A DNA stretch of 64,000 bases from Chrysomallon squamiferum (taxonomy: Eukaryota; Animalia; Mollusca), in the NCBI GenBank assembly GCA_012295275.1, contig CM022678.1, forward strand, positions 15,934,001 to 15,998,000. Direction: 5' to 3'. Positions within the stretch are counted from its first letter, which is position 1. Each line of letters starts with the position of its first letter. Positions 40,465-54,117 of this stretch are shown piece by piece. The position numbers and the translations under genes are program-made. The notes beneath the pieces are model-generated. The model was not told where the DNA came from, ran no database searches, and worked only from the letters and a program-made list of their open reading frames with translations.

Positions 40465-41144
40465 GTTAGTATCAACTTTTCTTTCTCACTGTTTATCACA
40501 CTGTGTGTGTGTGTGTGTGTGTGTGGTTCATTGGGTCATTTCAGTGTGATAAAAAGAAGCAGTCAGAATAACAATAAAAAACCTGTCTTAAATTCATTTA
40601 CCTTGTACTTCTGATGTAATCTCCGTCAACTCGAAATTAAATGTAATAAACCTATATAAATTCACACACATTTGTTGTAATTTCTGTCAACTCAAAATTA
40701 AATACAATAAACCTATATAATAAATAAACTTATATTTATTGTAATTTTTGGTGAGTCAGTGAACCAGATATTTTAATTAAAATTATAACTAGGAGTAGAT
40801 TTCAGAAATGTATGGTGTATCACATCATAAACACCAATAACTTTAATGTAAAAAAACAACAACATAAAAATAAAAATTTTATTTTGTTTCTTTTCTTTTA
40901 CTTTTTTCTTTTTATGTAAACAAATGAATAATAATCCTTTATTTTTAATCTATATTTTATTTTCTGTTCCGAGTTCATTTTAATTTTCTGAGGTTTATAT
41001 TTATTTTTCCATTTGAGTTTCATTATTTTTTTATTTCTTTTCATCATTTATTTATTTATTTATTTATTTACTTGTTTCTTGATTTTCATTATTTATTTAT
41101 TTATTTATTTATTTTATTATGACTTACTTATTCAAATGTTTCAG

Positions 41145-41267
41145 TCCGAAGCCTGGAGAAATGCACGACAACAGCAACAGCAACAACAGCAGCAACAAGT
41201 ACAAACAAACATTCATTTCTTATCTCAGCCCAGCTTTCAAGTTCTTCCTCCTCAAGTTACTCAACCA
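41145..41267 (+). CDS. ZMYND8: ZMYND8-like C-terminal exon with poly-Q
   Basis: SEAWRNARQ(10)VQTNIHFLSQPSFQVLPPQVTQP; tttcag/gtatgt; 123 nt. Confidence 0.85.
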
Positions 41268-42384
41268 GTATGTTCTGTCATTATTATTTTTCTTTTTTAA
41301 TCATTTAAACAATTATTATTACTATTATTAGTTACATGATATAAATATATCAACAATAGTAAAAGAAAAAATATATGATGTATAAGCATAGAATTAGAAA
41401 ATGTAAAATTTAATAATTACAAAGTTTTTGTTGTTTCATTTTGCCTTTTTATTTTTCATCAAAATTATTTTTTATGATTTTTACACATTTTATTACATTT
41501 ATTTTATTATTTTTAATCTATATTTTTAAAATTGTCTTTTCTTAACTGACTTTTTTTTTTTTTTTTTTTTTTGAGTGGAGGCTTTTTAATCTTTCTTTTT
41601 AATTAAAAAACAAAACAAAACAAGCTGGTTAAATTGTTAGATTATTAATATTGCCAGATATTTTTAGGTTTTCAGATTTCAACATATTAAATAACAGCTG
41701 TTAGGTATCAGTGTTTTCCTGGTGTGTTTTCATGTTGTTGGATTTTTTTTTTTTTTTGATTATGCTTACTTATTTACTTATTTTTACTTTTTTATTTTTT
41801 ATTTTTTTTTTTTTTTTTTTTTTACAGATAATTTTGGTTTTAGTTTAACTGTACTAAAAATTTATATATTGCTTCTATTAATGTTTTGTCGTTCTTAAAT
41901 GAAGTTAATTAATAATAAGAGTGTTAACGAGTTGAAGTTTCTTATAAATTTGTTCTTGTAATGTTTGTTTAAATTTTTTTTGAAACTGACATATTGCTTT
42001 CAAATTTTGCTTCATGTTAATAATGCTACCTTATTCAGTTATTGTACTTTGGTATTTTTTATGATCTGGGAATGCTTGTATGTGTGATTTGATGTGGGTG
42101 TGTATATGTGTGCATTTTTGTGCATCTGAGTGCATCTGTGTGTGTGTGTGTGTGTGTTTCAGCAAATGTGGGATTAACAATAAATACATAAAACACATTT
42201 ATGTTAAAATAATTCACTATCTAGAATAAACTTTAATTCCTAAATAGAATTATTATGCTTTTTAAAAAAAAAAAATTATTTTATTTACACTATCACATAC
42301 AGACACTCACATACACACACATACATACACACATCAATAATCAGAAATATGTTAAGAAAATTTGCAGTAAAGTAAGTAGATATG

Positions 42385-42415
<31 letters not shown>

Positions 42416-42446
42416 CGAAACTAATCACAATAATCTCCCATTCCAG

Positions 42447-42686
42447 CTCAGACTCCAGTCTCAAGTTCTCTCAGGACAAACAGGTATTCCAAACATTGTA
42501 CCCCACGGCCAAGTGATCCCCAATACGAACTCTCTGATGTATCCGATGATACGACAGCCTCACCAGATGAACAGTGCAAACTTGATGCCGCGTACGTCAG
42601 TGTTCCTCACTCAGAATGGTCCACCTCATCGAGGACAGAGTGTTGTTCCAAATCAGCTCCAGTTTCAGATGAGGCCCTCCTATTGA
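42447..42686 (+). CDS. ZMYND8: ZMYND8-like terminal coding exon
   Basis: LRLQSQVLSGQTGIPNIVPHGQ...QLQFQMRPSY*; ttccag acceptor; TGA 42684-42686. Confidence 0.85.
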   Translation, partial: LRLQSQVLSGQTGIPNIVPHGQVIPNTNSLMYPMIRQPHQMNSANLMPRTSVFLTQNGPPHRGQSVVPNQLQFQMRPSY

Positions 42687-42687
42687 G

Positions 42688-43068
42688 AGTGTGTGTGAAA
42701 ACTGTGTAGATGATTTGTAAACATGACGGATCTCATTTGTGTGAAAACAGTGTAGTGTGTGTGAAAACAGTGTGTAGATGATTTTGTAAATATGGTAGAT
42801 CTTGTAGTGTATGTGTGTGTGATAAAACAGTGTTTAGATGATTTGTAAACAGGACATAACTTGTAATGAATGTGTGTGAAAACTGTGTACATGACTTGTA
42901 AACATGACATATCTTGTTTATGTGAAAACTGTGTAGGTGATTTCTAAATATGACCAATCTTGTACAGAATGTGTGTGAAAACAATGTGTAGATGATTTGC
43001 AACCATGACGGATCTACTACTGTGTGTGAAAACAGTGTAGATGATTTATAAACATGACGGATCTCGTA
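42688..43068 (+). repeat. 45-60-bp minisatellite in ZMYND8 proximal 3' UTR
   Basis: About 7 copies of GTGTGTGAAAAC(A/T)GTGTAGATGATTTGTAAACATGAC...; AATAAA at about 43079. Confidence 0.85.
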
Positions 43069-43321
43069 CTTACAGATAAATAAAAATTAAAAACAGGACA
43101 AAAGATTTGATTTTCAGTTTTATTTCCATTTTTTTTTCAGTAAATGATTTTAATTTATGTTAGTATGAATGTTTGCTGCATTGCCCACATCTTTCTAAAA
43201 GGTACACAAAAAAATCCTGTCTTTATTCTATGCCTCCATATATGTATGTATATGTGTGTCTGTTTTGTGCATATGTAATGTACATACTGATGTAATGTGT
43301 GTATATACCTGTATGCATGTA

Positions 43322-43818
43322 CAGTGGAACCTCGGGTTAAGACGTTAATTTGTTCCATAACTCAGTTCATAAAGTGAATTGTACATAAACCAAACAACGT
43401 CAGACACACAAACGCCTCTCTTATGTTTTGCAATTCTTTCTTTTTTTAACCTCTACTGTGATACATTTATATTTTCCATCAGCATTAACACTTTCACTTT
43501 TTGTTTTCTTCAATAGGGTATCATAAAAGCATGCAATACTTTTAAAAATGCAAGTGCACAATCTCAGTGCAAAAGCTATTGAGCTGCAACTGCACATCAA
43601 AGACTAAAGGCCCTAATTCATGATATATATTTGCTTCAGGGCATGCCAATAATCCTTACTTTGATCTTGGTTTGGACATAAGCATCTATTCTTATCTTTG
43701 GAACCAACATCAAAAGAAAGCTTGTTGTGGCATGTCACTGTAGTTTATAACTCAGGACATTATTCGTAATCTGATTTGTTTGTGCTTTGAGGCATTTGCA
43801 ACCCAAGGTTCCACTCTG
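43322..43818. mobile_element. Tigger/mariner-type MITE (about 500 bp)
   Basis: TA|CAGTGGAACCTCGGGTT ... AACCCAAGGTTCCACT(CT)G|TA; imperfect TIRs and TA TSD. Confidence 0.75.
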
Positions 43819-45328
43819 TATGTGTATGTTTATATGTATGTCTGTCTCTATGTATGTATCTATGTATATATGTATTTATGTAGGTATACTAAGAAGTGTT
43901 TGGTAAAATTATTTTAGGTAACAGTTACAGAGATTTTAGTTGGTGTAAGACTATATTATATCAATCAGTGAAATGAGTTGTCAAGGATCATGTTTTGATG
44001 TGATAACAAACAGTAACCCACCAGTCATTCTTTATCAGTATTAACAAACTATTTTAACAAAAACAAACAGAACTATTTCTTTCTTTCTTTTACAGTAAAC
44101 AGTTGTATATTTTTTTTAATTTTTTTTTTAACTTGTTCAGGAATTGTAAACTTGTATAATTTGAGATGTTATCTTGCATGTGAAGAGGAAACATTTTGGT
44201 TTTAGATCTGTTTCATTTTATCTTGTTTTTGTGTGTGGTTACAGGGCTAGGTAGCTTCAACGGCTGTTTAATGTCAAATCAAAAAATGTATATCATGAAG
44301 CTTAACCAAAATGTTTTTCATAAATTACTGTTCTATGTGTATGTATGTGTGTGGATTGTATGTCTGTGTATGTCTGTGCATATTGTATGCACCTTACATT
44401 TATCTGTACATTTGTACAGTGACTCTGTGACATGTATATATTTATGTATCTATGTATATACATATGAGTATTTCACAGTATACTGAAAATGTATAGCTGT
44501 TATTTGATTAATTTCATATTGTTTATACTGATTGGAGGATATTCCTTTTTAGTTTTATCAGCATTAAAGCTTTTCATCCTTATTTCTTTTTAATGTTTGA
44601 AACAGTCAGACAAAATAAAAACAGTGGAAAGATTTTATAAACTGAAAACAGTGGGTGTTCTCATTATTTTAAGTTTTACAAGTTGTAACTAATTTTAGAT
44701 GGCTTTGAGTTTTTGAGTATATTTTTTTAGACTTTTATGATAATTTTTGTTTCTTTTTTTTTAGATGGCTTTAGAATATTTTGAGTGGTCTGAATAAGTT
44801 AATATCTGAAAATGTTAATTATTTTTTATAACTTTTATGATGAAACTAAAGCCTGCTTTGGCTTTTATGATAATTTTTGTTTATTAATTCTCATTAGCAG
44901 ATAACCAAGCTGCTAAAAATGTATACAAGTTAATAAAAGCAAAGAGATTTCAGATGATTAGTAGAAGCATTCAGAGAGAATAATGTGATATATTGAAATA
45001 TAACTTCAGATAAATCTTGCCTTTAATATATTTTGTGCAGTATCTGTTTTAAGCATTATTAATATTCATATCTTGCTTGTTGTGGGTGGGTAGTAGAAGT
45101 CTAATTATTTAAGTTACTGTATATATATTTTTTTATTTTTTTTTTTATTTATTATATTTTTTAATTAACAGATTTCTTTTAAAGTATTTTGAAAATAAAT
45201 TACCATGATACATACATATATACATACATACATACATACACATTATATATATATATATATATATAATGATGTTTTATATTGCTACAATTTGCAGCTGTAA
45301 ATGACGAAATTCCAGTGTTTTAAAATTA

Positions 45329-45368
<40 letters not shown>

Positions 45369-45699
45369 TTTTTTTTTTGTACTTATCATTATTCCAATAT
45401 TTTGTTGAAATAATTCCATTTTGAATTTTAATATTGTTCTCTCTGACAGAAACAAATGGAAACAATTTTTTAGCATTCTTGTTTGTTTTTTTATTCTTAT
45501 TTTTATTTTTTACTTTTTATTTGTTGAAAGCAAGGATATGCCTGACTAGAATGTAAATTTTAAATTTAATTTTTCAGATAGAAAAAATCTAAGAAATGAC
45601 GTGTTCATACAAACCATAGTTTAATGCTTCTTTAAATTAATAATGAAAATAACGACAGAAACTGTTTTAATTTAAATCTTTTTCTTACACACATTTTTG

Positions 45700-46300
45700 T
45701 CGAATAAGTTTCGAAGATTAGCATAATTGACCGGAAATGTGCCCAGGAACCTAAAGCAATAATTTGTTCAGTCTAGTAGGTTATTTTCCTATCAATGGAC
45801 TCGATTCGGTTTCAAATAAAAGAAAGTGACTTAGTAAATAAAACGACATGAAAACATGATCATGTATGTTGACATAAATGATACGTTTGATGAAACAAAA
45901 AAATTGAAAACGTAATAAAGTTTGTTGTAAAATAATATATATTCATGTAATGAACATACTCGTGCCAGTCTACTGAAAGCAGACGATTTCCGTCGATCAA
46001 ACTGTTTTGACAAACTAAAATTAATGTTCACGTCAACGCTTTAATCTGAACTTGATCGCAGCGTGCTTCACGAGTGAAATGGACCTTCTGGTTTGGATTT
46101 CTGACCCGATTCTTTCATATCAAGCAAACACTCGAGCTTTTCGTTTCCATATTTTTATTTGATGATTATTAAAATTAGCGTCGAGCAGAACGAGTGTGTA
46201 AAACGTTTTTGTTACATTCGTATATTAGAAGTTTAACAAGTATCTGGGGTTTTTTCCAGCTTGTAAGGTTTATCGTTGACTTGTTTTTATTTATTTAAAT
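45700..46300 (+). promoter_or_regulatory. Orphan CpG-richer promoter-like island
   Basis: Many CpGs versus CpG-poor flanks; ETS-like CCGGAAAT at 45731; CACGTCA at 46029; donor-like tt|gtaagg at 46263. Confidence 0.4.
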
Positions 46301-46393
46301 GGCATCTGTCGGAAGGAGATTGAAGACTTTAACAGTTTTATATGGTATATCAGTAGTATTACTGAATTTGTTTTCTATTGCATTACAAATGAA

Positions 46394-46466
<73 letters not shown>

Positions 46467-46997
46467 GAGGTTCGTTGGGTGGGGAAGAAATTGTTTAAAT
46501 ATCTGAAAAATCGAGTTCGGCTTATTCCCGGTCAGTTATGAGGTAATTATTACATTTCGTATTTTGTTTCTGATAAACAAAATATTTTCAAAAGTGAAAT
46601 CTATATGTTTACACATACACGCATACATGCACACATGTCGTCAGTTTTTAATATCTGATTCTGTATTACAAGAAATAGTGTTGATATACGAGTGTTTGAT
46701 TTATTATTGTCAGTATTATGTAAAAAAAAAAATAATAAATAAAACCATTTTTTAAAACATTTACGGTTTTATGTTATAATATTATACTCGGCTGTATCAG
46801 ATTTTATTACTATCGTCAAGTGGTTCTTGATCTTTTTGAAGTCGGGGCGCACTTGAAGTGTTACAAAAAAACTACAAACAAAATGCTAAGAAATATAATG
46901 CAAAAATAACTGAAAGAAGGATATTGCAGCTGAATTGATTGCGGAGCAGGCTGCCAAGGTTGTCTATCATTGTTTATATCTATGTCATTCTTCATCG

Positions 46998-47497
46998 TGA
47001 GAGATGTTCACTGATATATTTAGAGTTACTACCCTTGTGTGAGTAATGTTCACTGATATATTTAGAGTTACTGCCCTTGTGTGAGAGATGTTCACTGATA
47101 TATTTAGAGTTACTGCCCTTGTGTGAGTGATGTTCACTGACATATTTATAGTTACCGCCTTTGTGTGAGATGTTCACTGATATATTTAGAATTACTGCTC
47201 TTGTGTGAGAGATGTTCACTGATATATTTAGAATTAACTGCCCTTGTATGAGAGATGTTCACTGATATATTTAGAGTTACTGCCCTTGTGTGAGTGATGT
47301 TCACTGACATATTTAGAGTTACCACCCATATGTGAGAGATGTTCACAGATATATTTAGAATTACTGCCCTTGTGTGAGAGATGTTCACTGATATATTTAG
47401 AGTTAACTTCCTTGTATGAGAGATGTTCACTGATATATTTAGAGTTACTGCCCTTGTGTGAGAGATGTTCACTGATATATTAAGTTACCGCCCTTGT
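46998..47497. repeat. 42-bp minisatellite, about 12 copies
   Basis: Unit GAGAGATGTTCACTGATATATTTAGAGTTACTGCCCTTGTGT, highly homogeneous, no spacers. Confidence 0.95.
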
Positions 47498-48851
47498 GCT
47501 GATGAGAATGAGCCTGAGGTGTCTTGGCAATTTCTTCAGTTGATGATTTAAGGCATGCAGCATCTTTCTCACACATTTCAGTCTTAGCCCGCAGAGCCTA
47601 TGTTTGCCCATGACTGATTTAAAGCATGTATAAATTTTCTGAGGGACATTTTAACCAGAAATGTGTGCGAATAAGTTTGAACTGACTGGCAAAACATTTT
47701 AACAACCCTTAATACTAACTCAAGTCCACGTGCCCCCTTCATTTGATTGGTCGTGGAACTCTTTTATTTATTACCAGTTGGTAGTCTGCTCTGTGACACT
47801 GGAATAAACTGTGCATTCAAATTTCTTCAGAAACCAGCTTTTAAACACCACCACAGACTATCGAGATAACAGAACAAATGACAGCTGTTTATTTCTTCTG
47901 CTGAGCTGAATGTTAAAGTGAATATTTAGAAACAACAAAAAATGTACAGTTTGCGTGAAAACACTGTTTATTTGTTACTGGAACTGTATGGTTTTACAAA
48001 CACATAGAAAGAGACTTTCAGAATTTCTACAAACAGTATACAAAACACAATCTCGTAGAATGTTTATAAAAAGATAAAAAATAATTAATAATAATAAATG
48101 TGCATAACTGAATTAGAGATATAAGTAGTGTATATTTTTTTATTAGCTTAACAAATTAAGACTTGTTAGTTTTATGTTCAGTATATTGTTGTGTTTATTA
48201 ATTAACTTTAAGGTTTCATGAAGTATTTTTATTTTTAGTTTATAAATTAGTTTTAAATTACTCTTTATTTTCTTAATTTTTTTATTTACTGATTTATTAT
48301 TAGTATTTTTTATTTACCTATTATTATTATTATTATTATTATTATTTTTTTTTTTTTATGTGAACTTTAGTTTATAACAATGACATTAAAATGGAAATTC
48401 AGTTACACAACTGGACAAAACATTCTCTTAGGCACATAATTTTAAATATAATATTCTCATCCATTTAAAACAGTTAAAATAAATTATATCCCTCCATAAA
48501 AGGTAAAAAATTACCTATTTAATTAATTTACCTTTTTTTTCTCTCTCTCTCTTTATATTTTTAACCTAATACACACTTCTTCTATTCTTTACATTATTTA
48601 AAAACTGAAATGAACATGGATTGTCATCATAGTATGAATAAAACACACAAAGTATAAGCAGTGCAGTTTAAACACAGGGAACTAATAATACAGTTTAAGA
48701 ACATTTATAGCAACCAAAGGAAAAGATAACAGATGCAAAATTAATTTTTTAAATTTTCAGTTACATAATCTAATATTTATTTAGAGGCAGCCAAAAACTA
48801 TTATTATTATTATTGTTATTGTTGTTATTTTTGTTGTTGTTATTATTATTA

Positions 48852-48893
<42 letters not shown>

Positions 48894-48919
48894 CAAATTT
48901 AAAGATTCAGGAAAAGCAA

Positions 48920-49360
48920 TATTTATTTATAGGTAATCAAATTATTAATTAAATTGATCTACACTCAGGAGATATTATCACAGATATATATTTTATAAAG
49001 CAATCCCAAAATAGTATTATTAAGTGATTTTTATACTTCAGGCAATGTAATATTTGTAGGCAAACCAAATCTATTAGTGTATGTGATTTTTTATACATTT
49101 ATGCAACACTGTCATTATATATTTTAAAAAATAACTGAAAACTTGTTGTAAGTCCTTTTTATGCATTCAGGCAATGTAATATTAATTTATAGGCAAAACA
49201 AAATATTAAGTCTTTTTCTTTACTTTTAGGCAACATTGTCATATATATTTAGACCTCCCAAAACAATTATTATTAATATAACATGTCAATATAATGAATG
49301 ATAGAAAATTTAAAAAAAACCTATTATTAAGAACTTTTAATTCATTTAGGCAACATTACA
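48920..49360. repeat. Degenerate about 60-bp tandem repeat
   Basis: Recurrent TATTAAG...TTTTTATACATTCAGGCAA motif. Confidence 0.55.
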
Positions 49361-52300
49361 ATTACTGCAATATGTTATTTATTCACAGTAAGCTGAAAAA
49401 CAACACAAAAGAAACAATATACATTTTTTTTCACAGCCCATGGATGTGTAAAATTTAGTAATAATTATAGACAATATATAATAATTTGTAGAAAATATAC
49501 ATTAATGTAAAGCAATACTGAAATTTTTACAGCAGATGTTCCAAAATACTGCTAAGAGTCATCTCCCTTTCTTCTGGATTAAATTCCATTACTGTTAAGT
49601 TATTTCCCTCTATGGAACCATTGATGTTTTAAAAAAAAAAAAAATGTTGGAAAAGAAAATATTTTTGCTGGTTCCTGTTTTTCACTAAATCATTGTTATT
49701 TGAAACAAATAAACAAGAACAGTATACCACAAAAAAAAAAAAAAAAAAAAAAATATAGGGATATTTATACTGATTATTTATTTATTTATGCATATTATTC
49801 ATTAGCATTTAGATAACATGCTTATTAATTCATTTAGAAAGAAATTAATTACATTTATTTTTAACTGTGGAAAATGTATGTAAAACAATTTGTAAAAAAA
49901 AAAAAAAAAAAAAAAATAAACACTCAAAAACTCTGTAACGAGTCCTGTAATTATAAAGAAAATTGTGTATGCCCTTTATTATCTGTTAAAAAAGAAATAT
50001 TTTGTTTATGAATAATGCTATCAGTAAGGATACAGCACAGTTTATGTATGTGTATATATATATTCTTCATTTTGTTTCTCAGACATTTCACTGGACGGAT
50101 TAAAATTAGGATTTATGTATATAAGTATAAATTGTATGAAAAACAATGTATTGTATACAGCATCAAAACAAATAAATTACTTAACTTTCATTTTTTTCAA
50201 ACATATCACTAGACAAAACAAAAATAACAACTGAAGACCAAAGAAAGACATTCTTAATAAGTAGATACTTTTATTTATTCAGAAAAAAAAAAGCAGAAAT
50301 ATTAAAATTATAAGTGATTAGTGAAATACATAACAGACCGACAAGTAAATAAGAGAAAATAAATATGTTATGAAGAAAAAAAAATAGAAATAATTTATTT
50401 GGAATGTTAACAAGAGTTAAATAACTTATAACACATCTGGAAATATATAAAGCAATAATAAAATTTAGTTTTTAAAAATCAAGGGAAATAATTTAAAGGG
50501 AGACTAATCCCTGATAAACATGAAAAACATTGGACGGAATGTTTCGCATACATGTACGAGGCATGTTGTATCACAAATACTGCAACAACAGAAGCAGGCT
50601 GAGATAAAAGTATATTTTTATTGTTTATTTGCATTCATATTTTTATTTTATTAATTTGATTTAATTTAATTATATTTTCCTGTTTAATATGGTTATATAT
50701 CCAATATATTCATCTTATTATTTTGTTATTTATTACTATTTCGATATTTGTCTTCTTGTTCTACTTCTTGTTATTATTTTCATTTATTATCATTAACTTG
50801 TTTTACTTTTTTTTTTATACAATACATAGATATATATATATATATATTTAAATTAACTGAAATTAGTGCTGAGTTTAATACTTTCAAAAATCAAACGTTT
50901 AAAGAATTAATTTGTTAATAAATTTTAAACCTTTAAGTAACTTAGATTTCTTTCTTTTTATAAATTAATTTAAAAAAAAGAAAATTTCTTCTTGTGTGTT
51001 TATTTATTCTAAAATACTAGTTTCAAATGGCATTACATTTATTATCTGAATACTGTCAAAAACCTTTATGCCCACTCAAATAAAATTAAACAGAAAACAA
51101 AATACTGGTAAGGTATGTGTTTATGTTAAGTGCAATAAAAAGAAAAAGTAAACAATATAGTTAACAACATCACAATTATGTTAAACTGTTGGTTAAATTA
51201 AAAATGTTTATCACAGATTAATTTTTGTTTTTTTTCTACATTAAAATTAAATTTGGAAAAGCTATACATGTGTAAATTAAAAATGATATGTGTGATAAAA
51301 TATATTATATATATATATATATGTATATATGCAGAGTTTATAAATATATCTACTAGTAAGAAAAATACAACAAAAACATGGAGGAATAGTAATAAATTAT
51401 GGCTATATGATAATTTAAAACACACAAGATATCAACAACGCTTATTATAACAGTCTAATGTAATTCAAGAAAATATTTGAGGTTATTATTATTATTATAT
51501 TCCATTTTTTTAATTATAATCTTATAGCCCATTGTAGACAGTCTACATGTATTTCACTTTTAGTTTTTTTTTACAGTATATTAATAAAATATTCTTTAAG
51601 TTTTGTTTATTTTCAAGAAAGTCTTAAATTTTTATTCTTTTTAAAAAACTGTTTCCAGATAAATCATCTTAGTCTTCTGAGGTTTTCTTTTTTTTTTTTT
51701 TTTTTCTTTTTTCTGTCAATAGTTTCACAATAAAATACAAACATATATAAAAATATGAAGGTTAAAAAAAAAAAATTGTATTTAAAAAATAATAAAAAAA
51801 TTATTTAAGATTTAATAGACTTTTTAAAACAACAACTAAAACAGAATGAGTAATGAGAACAATTTAAAATAGTGGTTACAGACAAAATACACTTCTATCA
51901 ATTTTTTTTAAATCTTTTTTTTTTTTTAAACACAACTTTTGTCTACATGAAATCACACACAGAAAAAAAAAAGAAATGATAACACTTAATACCGACATTG
52001 ATACACATTTTTCTGATTACATTACATCTCAAAAATTATTTTTCAAGACTAAAGACAGAGAAAAACAGTTTTGAAAGTCTATGAAAATAATTTGTATTTT
52101 ATAGGTATACGTTCGTGCAAGAGCGAAGAGATATAATTATATACAGAAGTAATTTTATCAAAATCTGACACAGAGCTCCCCGTCAAATGTTTCTTCTTCA
52201 AAACTCCTTCAGTCCTCACTCATTCTGAAACACAGAAATCATAATAATAATTAATAATATGAAGTGCAGTGCAAAATGTTTATAACAGTATCATTCAGCT

Positions 52301-52462
52301 TGTTGATAAAATGTATTTGTTTTCTTAGGCAGAAAACTGTGGGTGAATTTAAAGCCATTTATATTCTTTAAAAAAATAAATAAATAAAACGTAAAAAGAA
52401 AAAGACGAAAAAAGTCAACAGACACACAATAGGAATTTGTAGTTTAACTAATAATATATTAT

Positions 52463-52504
<42 letters not shown>

Positions 52505-52702
52505 GATTTATTGAAGAACACAACACAGAAACCTGATCAATAAAAAACCACACCAGCATACACTCACCCAGTACATAAGAAATTGAAACAGACCTACATA
52601 CACAGCCACACAAACATACTTCATAATGTTCATATATAATTTGCACTGTTGAGTCAGATTAACAAAAATGATCATCCAGGAGGTTGTGTCCTGATGATGA
52701 TG

Positions 52703-52748
<46 letters not shown>

Positions 52749-53013
52749 TCACATGAACACATAGGTTTATGATTTTTTTGAAGATTACAACATTCTTAGT
52801 CAATAACAAATCTGATGAAGAGTTAGTACAAGTATTATCTTAATTCATGTATTTCTGTAACCTGCAGCTCAAATATGTCAGCTACATGACATAAGCTGCA
52901 GATTCTGAAGCTGTTAACATTTTGCTTATATCAAATATAAAAAAAATTTAAAAAGATGATAAATTACAAACATACATACATACATTTACATATGTATGTA
53001 AATGTGTATGTCC

Positions 53014-53044
<31 letters not shown>

Positions 53045-54117
53045 TACAATAGTTAAGATTTACAAACCTTTTCAGTCAGTAAGAATAACGTATAATCTAG
53101 GATTAATTTGCAGTTTCGATATATTCAGTTAGTCAAATGTTACTATTACATCTACATATTGGTTCCCAACTCCATATCTTGTATCACTGAACAATTATGG
53201 CTACTGAATTTCAGAATTCATGGTTGATTATTTGATTGACAACACATAAACAAATTTATATTACAAAAATCGTTATGTAATGATGACATCATAGAAAAGA
53301 ATCTTTGGTATCATAGACAGCTGTGTTAATAATGATGTTTGATAAATCACACATTTAAGAAAATAAATATACTAACAAGGATTGTCCCCATAACCTATCA
53401 TACTTCAGGTCTGTCTTAATTCTTAATGTGTCAGTGTGTGTGTGTGTGTGTGTGTGTGCAGCAGATTTCAACAGACCCATGTCTAAAGACAAATATATAA
53501 CAGTACTCGTATAAATTGTTCCTACAAAAATATCAGTAATCATTTAATTCTAAAAAATCTTTTTAAAAATTACCTACAGTTATCGACTTTACATTTTAAA
53601 TACAAATATAAAAATAAAATAAAGAAAATAACCTCAAAACCAATGCCACCCCCAAAAAAAAAACCACAAAAAAAGAAAAAATGAACAAACATTTAAACAC
53701 CTTTTTCTTTTATAATCCTCTAAGCAAGTAACAATTAAATGTTTTGTATTTTTTATTTTCTCTAATAATAAACTCATTAGATAGATTCATGTCATTTGGT
53801 ACAGATATAGAAATTAAAAAAAAATGTTTGATCTGTTCTCTTCAATTTAAAAAAAGGCAATTCTACTTTTTATTTATTAAAAAATAATAAAATAAAAATA
53901 AAGCATATTATTTAGTCAAAATACTGAGCTTCATGTAAACAGAATACACAAACACAAACATTAAAAAAAAATTAGTTTAAAAACATTAGAGATTATAAAT
54001 AAATAAATAAATAAATAAAAATAAATAAATAAATAAATTAAAGTTACAGCCACCAAAAAGACAAAAAAAAAACAGATCAGAGGTAAAAAAAAAAAAAAAA
54101 AAAAAATCATGCACCAT

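Noticed and set aside
46998-47497. Regular 42-bp array as a CRISPR array, or the repetitive ORFs 46992-47472 as genes
   Set aside because: Units are contiguous with no unique spacers, there are no cas genes, and the context is eukaryotic; the ORFs are by-products of a unit length divisible by 3.
47499-47645. C/D box snoRNA (TGATGA ... CTGA)
   Set aside because: C boxes lack the leading purine, and no terminal stem or recognisable rRNA guide was found.
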